Below, in pieces: positions 23,719-31,361 of a stretch of 33,309 bases of DNA. The stretch's first letter is position 1; each line of letters begins with the position of its first letter. A program made the translations under genes and the position numbers. Source of the DNA: an uncultured Clostridia bacterium (GTDB lineage Bacteria; Bacillota; Clostridia; Oscillospirales; CAG-272); contig CANBDB010000002.1 in assembly GCA_947367285.1 (NCBI GenBank), positions 1 to 33,309 on the forward strand, written 5' to 3'. The notes below the pieces were generated by a model, which made no database searches, was not told the DNA's origin, and was given only the letters and a program-made list of their open reading frames with translations.

Positions 23719-25896
23719 ATGATCAATAAAATAGTTGATAATTTCGTTACATTTCTTCCGTGCTCTTGGGAACCCACCATTGAACAGCTTACCACGTTAC
23801 AAGAGCTTATATCATACGCCGGAAAAATGGGCTATGAAGTGTCGTTAAGCAATGCAAAAGTTGTATTTGTGGAAGCGGTAAACCAAAAATTGAATTTAAA
23901 TAATTCCACATACAAGGATTTGCTGCATGACGCATTTTTGGATAATATTAAGCTCAATTACATCCAAAAGAACAAGATTAAAGTCATGCTTGATTCGTCC
24001 GATAAAGCCGCATACATTCAATTCCTTATCAATCACAATATGTATACAGAACGGATGGAAAAAGCGTTTACTCCTGTTAACACACAAGCAACATTTCAGA
24101 TGCTTAACGATATTATCCGGACTGATAAACAATATCCGGATGTCCTTTCCTCTATTTTTTCTCGATTTTGTTTTAATCTTTTTCCGCCAAATTGCGTTTA
24201 TAGTTTTTTTTCAAAAAAACCAAATGCCAAGAGTGATTTTTTTGATTTCATTACTGCAGTGTACCCGGATTTAAGTGATCGGACAAACGCATTATCGATT
24301 ATTGATGTTTCCGCTGATCTGTTTTTTGATGGGTATCTTACTGGGTGCAACAAAGTATTGAACGCGATAAAAAAAGCATATCAGTATATGAATAATCATT
24401 GTGACTTAGCAATCATTATTCCACCGCTAACGGTGAATTCCGATGACGTTCAATGGAAATTGTATGCAGACTGTATACTCTTTGCAGAGAAGCATTTAAA
24501 AGAAAAAATCGACAAGCCCTATTTTAGATGGCAAAAAATAGGGAATCAAACGAAAGAATATATTTCATCGATCGTGCCATTCAATGCTGAATTTGAGTAC
24601 GCATTTCAAGGTTTTGTTTTCAAAGACTGTTTTGTAGTCCAAAATGAAGATGATCCTTATTCGTTACTGCTGCTCTTTGAAAAAAACCGACGTGACGAAC
24701 GGGTAATTAACTGCCCCGCATGCAGAACACAAAATGTGCAAGGTAATTCGTATCCTATTCTCAATGTGAGAAGCTGGGAATGTGAAAATCCGTTATGCCC
24801 GGATCGCAGCAAGTATAACAGGGGCAAGCGTTATGCGTATATGTCATTATTTAGACAGAAAGAGATGATGAATGACGAAAATATTATCGCAGACACATCC
24901 ATTTCAAAGTGGCATCTGGACTGTCAAAAACATGCGACGAAAGAAGAAATGATCGAAATGATCATTCGACATTACAGTTGCTATGGCGACGGAATTACTG
25001 TTACCTCCCAAAGCACATTTGAAGGTAATCTGTTTGGCAGACTGGTTCGCACGGAAGCATTTATATCACCCGATGTTGATTTATTATCGCCTTTTAAAAA
25101 TTCATCTTATTTCTATCGCTATATGCAATACAACGATAGAGATTTAGATGCTGCAGAGGAGTGGGAGTGTGATAAAGCTAGAGTGTACCATGGTGATGCA
25201 CTTGATGTTTTACGTGGTTTTGCATCCGACGTGTTTTCGGGTGTCGTTACATCACCTCCATATTACAATGCGAAATGCTACTCACAGTGGCCAAATATTT
25301 ATTGTTATTTATTTGACATGTACAACATCCATCGAGAAGTTTTCCGCACGATGAAAACCGGAGGGATCTATCTGTTCAACATTTTTGACTACTTTGATAA
25401 TGAGAACAATGTAGTCTTGTCCGCTATGGGCAATAAGCGCATGATTCTTGGTGCCTATATGATAGATATGTTTGAACGTATTGGTTTCACCCTTCGCGGA
25501 AATATCATTTGGAATAAGGGGGAAATTCAGGGGAATAGGAGTTTCAATCAAGGGAATCTAACGCCCTATTATCAAGCACCATTAAACTGTTGGGAACACA
25601 TAATAATTTTATCAAAGGGAACGCCTAACCGGAAATTTGAAGCGCTATGCTCGCACATAGAAGATATAAAACCTGTTATCAAAATCATTCGCGGCAAAAA
25701 TATTCTTGGACACGATGCACCATATCCGCAAGATATACCCAATCTTCTTTTGCGGTGTATGGATAAGGATGATGTGGTATTGGATCCTTTTCTTGGGAGT
25801 GGAACCACATGTCTAGCAGCAAACATGCATGGCATCAAATCTGTCGGAATCGAAAAAAACAGGAAGTATTTTGAGCTGTGCCAATCGATACTGTAG
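23719..25896 (+). CDS. DNA methyltransferase (beta-class N4/N6 MTase domain) with a large uncharacterised N-terminal region
   Basis: 725 aa. Motif IV VTSPPYYNA (about aa 509-517) precedes motif I VLDPFLGSGTTCLAA (about aa 683-697), which is the beta-class order. The N-terminal about 480 aa is unassigned apart from a Cys4 zinc ribbon CPACRTQ...WECENPLCPD. Confidence 0.85.
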   Translation: MINKIVDNFVTFLPCSWEPTIEQLTTLQELISYAGKMGYEVSLSNAKVVFVEAVNQKLNLNNSTYKDLLHDAFLDNIKLNYIQKNKIKVMLDSSDKAAYIQFLINHNMYTERMEKAFTPVNTQATFQMLNDIIRTDKQYPDVLSSIFSRFCFNLFPPNCVYSFFSKKPNAKSDFFDFITAVYPDLSDRTNALSIIDVSADLFFDGYLTGCNKVLNAIKKAYQYMNNHCDLAIIIPPLTVNSDDVQWKLYADCILFAEKHLKEKIDKPYFRWQKIGNQTKEYISSIVPFNAEFEYAFQGFVFKDCFVVQNEDDPYSLLLLFEKNRRDERVINCPACRTQNVQGNSYPILNVRSWECENPLCPDRSKYNRGKRYAYMSLFRQKEMMNDENIIADTSISKWHLDCQKHATKEEMIEMIIRHYSCYGDGITVTSQSTFEGNLFGRLVRTEAFISPDVDLLSPFKNSSYFYRYMQYNDRDLDAAEEWECDKARVYHGDALDVLRGFASDVFSGVVTSPPYYNAKCYSQWPNIYCYLFDMYNIHREVFRTMKTGGIYLFNIFDYFDNENNVVLSAMGNKRMILGAYMIDMFERIGFTLRGNIIWNKGEIQGNRSFNQGNLTPYYQAPLNCWEHIIILSKGTPNRKFEALCSHIEDIKPVIKIIRGKNILGHDAPYPQDIPNLLLRCMDKDDVVLDPFLGSGTTCLAANMHGIKSVGIEKNRKYFELCQSIL

Positions 25897-26017
25897 TGAA
25901 ATCGACGTGCCGGAAATTGTTTCGGAAATGTAAATTTTTAAGACATCCGGTGATCGTTCATTTCTTCTTCAAGATTTCATAGTATTCTATCAAAAAAGAA
26001 ATAGGAGGAATGGAACT

Positions 26018-26257
26018 ATGCATGGTCCAGGCGGACATCCAGGCGGCCCCGGCGGCCATCGGGGCGGACACAGGCCACCAATGGGCGGCGGTATGCACCA
26101 TCGGCCACCAATGGGCGGCGGCATGCACCACCAGCCTCCGATGGGCGGCGGATGGGGGCACAGGCCGCCACGTCGGCCAATGGGATGCTGTGGCTGCCTT
26201 TTTCCGGTGATCGGAGTAGTCGTGGCAATGATTGCTGGTATTCTGATACTGCTGTGA
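26018..26257 (+). CDS. Small membrane-anchored His/Met/Gly/Pro-repeat protein
   Basis: 79 aa. SD AGGAGG 9 nt upstream. Repeats HRPPMGGGMH x2 plus HQPPMGGGWGH. C-terminal CCGC followed by TM helix LFPVIGVVVAMIAGILILL. Confidence 0.6.
   Translation: MHGPGGHPGGPGGHRGGHRPPMGGGMHHRPPMGGGMHHQPPMGGGWGHRPPRRPMGCCGCLFPVIGVVVAMIAGILILL
26069..26185 (+). repeat. 30-bp tandem repeat (about 3.5 units) inside the small ORF
   Basis: Units at 26069-26098, 26099-26128 and 26129-26158, plus a partial fourth. Core CCACCAATGGGCGGCGG(T/C)ATGCAC. Confidence 0.85.
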
Positions 26258-26511
26258 CAAAATTGGAGCTGCTGTGAATTTCAGAACATAAAACATATAG
26301 ACGTTATTAGAAGATGAGGATTGTCTTAGAGACACAACAACTTTTGCTTTATCGTCTATGACTTGAACAATCGACGGTATAAAATATTTAGACGAATAAT
26401 ATCGTCGAAATTTCTCTATAGTTTTGCCTGATGCTGCTAACCATATCGTCGATGTTGCTCTGCATCGCTTGTGGTACGAACATCAAGTAAACGGATATTC
26501 CTATTGGACAA

Positions 26512-26560
26512 AAACACATCCATCATTCTACGTACGAACCGATGGATGTGTTTGTTGTTT
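26512..26560. terminator. Bidirectional terminator
   Basis: 13-bp stem AAACACATCCATC / GATGGATGTGTTT. T-rich on the plus side, A-rich before it. Lies at the 3' end of the minus-strand XRE gene. Confidence 0.65.
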
Positions 26561-26801
26561 ATTTGATTTCCTGTTCCAGCGCATCGAACTCTGGAGTAGA
26601 GAAGAATTCGCCCAGAGTGATTTCCAGTCCGTCACATAGCTTTTTGATTGTGACTGTTCCGGGATTCTGGCTCTCGCCGTTGAGGATGCTTTTGACTGTT
26701 GCCTGCGGCACAGCGGAGATTGAGCAGAGCTTGTTGACGGTGATGCCCCGCTCTTTGCACAGACCTTTTATTCGGTTTGCAATAGCTTCTCGTGTGTCCA
26801 T
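26559..26801 (-). CDS. XRE-family HTH transcriptional regulator
   Basis: 80 aa from ATG 26801 (SD GGAGGG 6 nt upstream). ITVNKLCSISAVPQATVKSILNGESQNPGTVTIKKLCDGL is an HTH_3 motif. The longer 26855 start in the ORF track lacks an SD. Confidence 0.85.
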   Translation of the reverse strand: MDTREAIANRIKGLCKERGITVNKLCSISAVPQATVKSILNGESQNPGTVTIKKLCDGLEITLGEFFSTPEFDALEQEIK

Positions 26802-26819
26802 GTGCAGCCCTCCGGATGA

Positions 26820-26927
26820 TTTATCACTACAATGATAAACCAAACCGAAGCACAATATTAGTGATAGCTCACTAAGCAGACTTGAAAAGCAAAATAATTA
26901 TGCTATTATAGTGATGTATCACTACAA
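26820..26927. promoter_or_regulatory. Array of three TCACTA/TAGTGA palindromic operators in a divergent promoter region
   Basis: TTTATCA-ctacaa-TGATAAA (26820-26839); TTAGTGA-tagc-TCACTAA (26858-26875); TAGTGAT-gt-ATCACTA (26909-26924). TATCACTACAA occurs twice (26822-26832 and 26917-26927). Confidence 0.6.
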
Positions 26928-26940
26928 AGGAGGCCGGGTT

Positions 26941-27318
26941 ATGGACTGGATAGAAGCAGATCCAATACCAACAGTTTGCCAAGAATGTCAAGAGGAGGAT
27001 TGCTATAATTGCGATACTGCCGGTGAGCGTTGGCAACTGTCCAGGGATGATGAATTAAGGCTGCGACGTAAGCAGTTGGTCAAAGCCATCGAGCGCCTGA
27101 AGCGCGAGATTGACGCTATCGACATGGAACTGCTGCCTTTTACTGATGAACAAAGAGCGGCACTGTGTAGTAATGCAGAAATGACCTACGATCTGTTTTG
27201 GGCGTGCTTGCAGGTTTGCTTTGATTATGGCAATATGGCAATGTATCGAAGTATTTGGAATGCCTATCCGAATTATTCGAAAAATATAAGACATCACATG
27301 GAAAATTCGTTGTTGTAA
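26941..27318 (+). CDS. Hypothetical Cys-rich protein
   Basis: 125 aa from ATG 26941 (SD AAAGGAGG). CQECQEEDCYNCD cluster near the N-terminus. No family recognised. Confidence 0.6.
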   Translation: MDWIEADPIPTVCQECQEEDCYNCDTAGERWQLSRDDELRLRRKQLVKAIERLKREIDAIDMELLPFTDEQRAALCSNAEMTYDLFWACLQVCFDYGNMAMYRSIWNAYPNYSKNIRHHMENSLL

Positions 27319-27385
27319 CATGATTTCCACACCTTACCGAAAGGGATTATCTTGTTTGTTTCCCCCTAAAGCCATTGTTAACTAA

Positions 27386-27425
27386 AACCTCCCCTTATAC
27401 CGAATGATGTAAGGGGAGGTTCTTC
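27386..27425. terminator. Bidirectional terminator between convergent genes
   Basis: 12-bp stem AACCTCCCCTTA / TAAGGGGAGGTT with 12-nt loop. A-rich before and T-rich after. Confidence 0.7.
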
Positions 27426-27440
27426 TATGCAATATCATAA

Positions 27441-27959
27441 TTATACATTGAAGCGATCATACCGTTCATAGCAGTCCAGGCACAGCTTCTTCTCACCGGA
27501 CAGGCGGATCCAGTTGGCACCGGCCACTTCGCCACAACAGTCACAGACGAAGGAGTTAAACAGTCGGGCCTTTTCCGGAACTGCGATGGTGGTTTGCTTC
27601 ACCTCGAACATCTCCTCCGGCTGACACGCCTGATAGTAAGCAAAGCTTTCCTCTTTGCTCATGGACGGACGGGGGTTCAGCACAAGCCGGACGGAAGCGC
27701 CGGTCTTGCGGTTATAAAAGGAGTAGGCGGATTTACCCCGCATATGAAACAACAGATTGCCCTTGCCGATACTGCATCCCAGCATCACCTGAATGGCATC
27801 AATGCCGCAGGCATCGTTTTCAGCGATACACACCACCTGCTCGTCATCGGAAAATTCCAGCTTCAGCAGCTTTATGGCATACAGCGCTGCCTTGTAGCCG
27901 ATGGTCAGGCCGCCACATTCGTGACCGTGAAAGGCCACGCAATCATTCCAAGTTTTCAT
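27441..27959 (-). CDS. FmdE/FwdE-domain protein with a C-terminal zinc ribbon
   Basis: FHGHECGGLTIGYKA, ENDACGIDAIQVMLGCSIGKGNL and CDCCGE...CLDCYERY fit the FmdE family (PF02663-type). ATG 27959 has GGAG 8 nt upstream; an alternative GTG 27968 overlaps the ABC ATPase stop. Confidence 0.8.
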   Translation of the reverse strand: MKTWNDCVAFHGHECGGLTIGYKAALYAIKLLKLEFSDDEQVVCIAENDACGIDAIQVMLGCSIGKGNLLFHMRGKSAYSFYNRKTGASVRLVLNPRPSMSKEESFAYYQACQPEEMFEVKQTTIAVPEKARLFNSFVCDCCGEVAGANWIRLSGEKKLCLDCYERYDRFNV

Positions 27960-27964
27960 ATTCT

Positions 27965-28714
27965 TCACTCCATTATCACGATTTTTCTGCCCTCGATGTC
28001 CAGCACCCGGGCTTTGATGCCGTAAACGTCGTTCAAGGATTCTGCGGTGACGGTTTCGATACCGCCGTAGCTGTATCCCTCACCAGCTTTCAGGAAGTAA
28101 AATTTGTCACAGAACCGTAGTGCCAAATTCAGGTCATGGATGACGGTAATAACCGTAAAACCCTGCTCTTTTGCCAATTCCTGCACCAGAGCCATCATTT
28201 CGTACTGATTTTTGGGGTCTAAATTGCTGGTGGGCTCATCCAGAAGCAATAGTTTCGGCTCAGCAACCAAAGCTCTGGCCAGCATGACTTTTTGCAGCTC
28301 GCCGCCGGATAACTCATCCAGATACCGCATCTGAAAATCCAGCAAGCCTACACGCTCTATGATCCGGGTGCAAATATCCAAATCCTCCTGACTGACGGAC
28401 CATGTGATATAGGGCTTCCTGCCCAACAAAACACAATCGAACACCGTGCTGTGGGTCAGCTCGTTTTTCTGCGCCACATAGGAAACGGTACGAGCCAGTT
28501 CGTTGCGGGTCATTTGAAAGGCGTTCTTGCCGTCGATGGTCAAGCTACCGCTTTTGGGTTTGCGGATCCGGTTCAGGCAGGTGACAAGGGTGCTTTTACC
28601 TGCGCCATTATTGCCCAGCAAGCCTACCACTTCGCCACGTTCAGCGGTAAAGCCCACACCCTTTAGAATGTCCCCATCGGGATAAGAAAAGGAAATATCT
28701 TTGATCTCAATCAT
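27965..28714 (-). CDS. ABC transporter ATP-binding protein (FecE/FepC-type iron-siderophore/corrinoid class)
   Basis: 249 aa from ATG 28714. Walker A GNNGAGKST, signature LSGGELQK, Walker B LLLLDEP. The 391-aa ORF in the track is a spurious 5' extension into the permease gene. Confidence 0.92.
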   Translation of the reverse strand: MIEIKDISFSYPDGDILKGVGFTAERGEVVGLLGNNGAGKSTLVTCLNRIRKPKSGSLTIDGKNAFQMTRNELARTVSYVAQKNELTHSTVFDCVLLGRKPYITWSVSQEDLDICTRIIERVGLLDFQMRYLDELSGGELQKVMLARALVAEPKLLLLDEPTSNLDPKNQYEMMALVQELAKEQGFTVITVIHDLNLALRFCDKFYFLKAGEGYSYGGIETVTAESLNDVYGIKARVLDIEGRKIVIME

Positions 28715-29778
28715 TTCCGCTTTCCTCCTTTGATGATCAGATAGAGGAACAACGGCGCTCCAAGGAAAGAGGTCAGTGCACCGATGGGCAGCACCGTAGG
28801 AGAAAGCAGCATTCGGGAAACGATGTCCGACAGCAGCAACAAAACACCGCCGCACAGAGCACTGCAAGGAATCAGGAAACGGTAATCGTTGCCCACAAAC
28901 CGACGCATAATGTGGGCGGCAATCAGACCGATAAAGCTGATACAGCCAACAAATGCCACGGCTACAGAGGAGATCAGAGCGCACAGTGCCATGCTCAGCA
29001 CGATCAGCCGGTCTACGGGAACGCCAAGGCTCTTTGCGGTGCGGGTGCCGCCTTCCATAGCGTTGTAATTCCAGCGGTTGTAGTAGAAAAACACAAACGC
29101 GCCAAAGGTCAGGGCGGTAATGATGGCGATTTCCGTCCAACCGGCTCTGCCCAGACTGCCAAAAGTCCAGTAGACCACGGTGGCAACCATCACATCATCG
29201 CAAAAATACTGCACCAAAGCCGTTCCGCCGGTGAACATGGAGCTGATGGCCACGCCGGCAAGAACCATGGTCGCAGGGCTTGTGCCACGGAAACGGGCAA
29301 GCCCCAGAATCACAGCCGTGGTGGCAATGCCGCCCAGAAAGGCGCAAAGTGTCACCATGGCAGGATTCGTCACCGTTAACGCCGAGGTCGCTCCGCCGGC
29401 ATTGACCTGAATTCCTGCGCCAAAATACACGATGGCAACGGCCGCACCGAAGGATGCGCCCTGGGAAACACCAAGCGTGGATGCAGATGCCAAGGGATTT
29501 CGCAACACATTCTGCATCACGCAGCCGCTGAGCGCCAGCGCCATGCCCACCACCGTGGCAGTGACCACTCTGGGCATTCGCACGTTCCAAATGATGGCAT
29601 TTTGCTGCCGGTTGCCGCCGCCGAAAACCGTCCGAAGAATGTCCAAAACGGACAGATTGGCAGAGCCTGCGGATAGTGACGCAATGGCTGATGCGAAAAG
29701 CAGACCGACCATCACCAGCAGAACAATCCACTTTTTTCGTATGTACTTGTTGTATGCGGTAAGATCGGTCTGTTTCAT
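28711..29778 (-). CDS. FecCD-family ABC transporter permease
   Basis: 355 aa, about 9-10 TM segments. The motif LPIGALTSFLGAPLFLYLI near the C-terminus is typical of FecCD/BtuC permeases. ATGA overlap with the ATPase gene. Confidence 0.9.
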   Translation of the reverse strand: MKQTDLTAYNKYIRKKWIVLLVMVGLLFASAIASLSAGSANLSVLDILRTVFGGGNRQQNAIIWNVRMPRVVTATVVGMALALSGCVMQNVLRNPLASASTLGVSQGASFGAAVAIVYFGAGIQVNAGGATSALTVTNPAMVTLCAFLGGIATTAVILGLARFRGTSPATMVLAGVAISSMFTGGTALVQYFCDDVMVATVVYWTFGSLGRAGWTEIAIITALTFGAFVFFYYNRWNYNAMEGGTRTAKSLGVPVDRLIVLSMALCALISSVAVAFVGCISFIGLIAAHIMRRFVGNDYRFLIPCSALCGGVLLLLSDIVSRMLLSPTVLPIGALTSFLGAPLFLYLIIKGGKRK

Positions 29779-29779
29779 T

Positions 29780-30880
29780 TTATTTACCGAGGGTCAGCTT
29801 GCCGTAGTACAAGCCACCTTGTTCCATTTCCTCAAAGAAGTTTTCGCCCAGCATGGTCTGCAGGATTTCAGCACCGATGCTTTCCATCTTCACATCGGCA
29901 AAGGCATCGGGATACAGCACAATACCTGCATAGTAGGCATCCATCAGGGCATAGGTCACATTGGTGCCGCAGTTATTAAAGGAGGGCATGGTGTAGACAT
30001 TCCCATCCTGCACCGCCCGCAGGGCATCGAAATAACCGGGGTTGGTCTTGTATTCGTCATTTACAAGATCCATATTGCCCGGATCCAGGAAAATCACATC
30101 CGGGTCCCACTGCACGATCTTTTCCAGATCGGTTTCAAAGTAATTGGTATCCTTCACCTCGTCGGCTACATTCAACGCATTGACGCCCATGAAGGGGCCG
30201 AAATTGGCATAGGTGCCGGCAAAGCCATGGCGGCCGGAGAAGGTAACGGCACCGGTGTAAGCGGACTTTTTTTCGCCGTCAGGAATGTCCTTGGTTCGGT
30301 CATTCAAGTCCTTTTTGCAGTCATCAATGAACTTCAGTACCGTTTCGCACCGCTCCTGAGCGTCCACCACCTCCGCAAAGACACGCATGGCGGTGTAGAA
30401 GCTTTCGTCCACGAAATTGATGCTCAAATAACGGACACAGACCACGGGAATGCCGGTTTGATTCTGCAATTCCTCAGCGGCTTCCTGAGAAAAGCCTGCC
30501 AAAATCACATCCGGCTGTACTTCAATGATCTGCTCGGCATAGCCGTTGTTGGCCCCGCTGCCGCCGCCTGCACCCACAGCGGGCAGATCCTTGATGTCAT
30601 CATGATAAACCATGGTGTAATCACGCAGCACAGTCTGGGCTTTCTTGTCATGATCCTCTGCGCCAACCAGCATATCCATCACACCAAGGTAAGCAGCAAT
30701 GCGCGGTGCGCCGGACCCAAGACAAACAATGTTTTCAACGGTTTCGGGGATTTCAACTTCCCGTCCCCAAGTGTCTCTGACAATGCGGGTAGCACCGGCC
30801 GCTCCATCAGGAGCGGAGCATCCGGCAAACAGACTCAGGCAGAAAACGGCTGCCAAAAGTAGGGAAATCAGCTTTTTCAT
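29780..30880 (-). CDS. ABC transporter substrate-binding lipoprotein (FecB/BtuF-like, class III)
   Basis: 366 aa from ATG 30880 (SD AAGAGG). MKKLISLLLAAVFCLSLFAGC lipobox. Periplasmic-binding-protein-2-like body. The longer ORF start at 30979 is unsupported. Confidence 0.88.
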   Translation of the reverse strand: MKKLISLLLAAVFCLSLFAGCSAPDGAAGATRIVRDTWGREVEIPETVENIVCLGSGAPRIAAYLGVMDMLVGAEDHDKKAQTVLRDYTMVYHDDIKDLPAVGAGGGSGANNGYAEQIIEVQPDVILAGFSQEAAEELQNQTGIPVVCVRYLSINFVDESFYTAMRVFAEVVDAQERCETVLKFIDDCKKDLNDRTKDIPDGEKKSAYTGAVTFSGRHGFAGTYANFGPFMGVNALNVADEVKDTNYFETDLEKIVQWDPDVIFLDPGNMDLVNDEYKTNPGYFDALRAVQDGNVYTMPSFNNCGTNVTYALMDAYYAGIVLYPDAFADVKMESIGAEILQTMLGENFFEEMEQGGLYYGKLTLGK

Positions 30881-31012
30881 AACATACCTCTTTCTTTTTC
30901 CGGCAGGCTGTGCTATGATAACGAAGCCCACCTTTATTTGACGATTTGGGTCGGCACGCCCCGGTGTGGTTGCAGCCATGCCGGGGCACCTTTACGTCGA
31001 ATTATAGCGCAT

Positions 31013-31051
31013 CCCCCCACCGGCTACAAGCCCGGTGGGGGGATATTTTTT
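31013..31051 (+). terminator. GC-rich hairpin with a plus-strand T-tract
   Basis: CCCCCCACCGG / CCGGTGGGGGG 11-bp stem, 8-nt loop, then ATATTTTTT. On the minus strand, TTGTAG-17 nt-TATAAT (the TATAAT is the complement of 31001-31006) overlaps it and could be the ABC operon promoter. Confidence 0.5.
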
Positions 31052-31130
31052 ACTAATAGTAGTGGAACAGTAATGTTCCCGGTGTGAGAGCACTGGAAAA
31101 AGTTGTGCTGCATGCGGGACAGGTCAAACC

Positions 31131-31230
31131 CGCACCTTATGGCATTTAAAGCCGAGCCCTATGGTGGGAGTAAACCCGTGGCCTTTGCGAAGGGCCGGAA
31201 ATTCGCACCTTTATGGCGTTTAAAGCCAAG
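31131..31230. repeat. Pair of imperfect 26-27-nt direct repeats
   Basis: CGCACCTTATGGCATTTAAAGCCGAG (31131-31156) and CGCACCTTTATGGCGTTTAAAGCCAAG (31204-31230), in a non-coding stretch. Confidence 0.7.
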
Positions 31231-31307
31231 GCTGACAACCAGCAGAAAACTCTCAACCCCACAACAACAGAGGGATGACAATCCATTCCTCCTTCCATAA
31301 TAAAGTT

Positions 31308-31350
31308 CCCGCAGAACGGTTTCAAAGCCGCCCTGCGGGTTTTTGATTTT
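31308..31350 (+). terminator. Hairpin with a plus-strand T-tract
   Basis: CCCGCAG / CTGCGGG stem with 18-nt loop followed by TTTTTGATTTT. It may also serve the minus-strand gene ending at 31362. Confidence 0.45.
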
Positions 31351-31361
31351 AACAGGCACAT

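Noticed and set aside
25958-26335. 125-aa and 70-aa minus-strand ORFs and the 66-aa plus ORF overlapping the His/Met/Gly/Pro repeat gene
   Set aside because: Alternative-frame products of a GC-rich tandem repeat. Only the 26018 frame has a canonical SD and a coherent repeat-plus-TM architecture.
27965-29140. 391-aa version of the ABC ATPase ORF
   Set aside because: The first 142 codons run through the permease gene in another frame and look non-protein-like (Arg/Pro/Cys-rich). The ATPase homology begins at MIEIKDISF (ATG 28714), which overlaps the permease stop.
29432-30862. 476-aa plus-strand ORF, together with 28912-29379, 29180-29410 and the minus-strand 29195-29731 ORF
   Set aside because: These are antisense or out-of-frame shadows of the GC-rich permease and substrate-binding genes. 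Their composition is low-complexity and Ala/Gly/His-rich, they have no SD, and the overlapping reading frames carry clear ABC-transporter motifs.
30881-31350. Cobalamin (AdoCbl) riboswitch upstream of the ABC importer
   Set aside because: Context makes it attractive, and strings such as GGTGCGAATTTCCGG and CCTGCC occur on the minus strand. However, I could not find the GCCACTG B12 box or the GGGAA...GGTG...AATCC core in the right order. This needs an Infernal scan before any claim.
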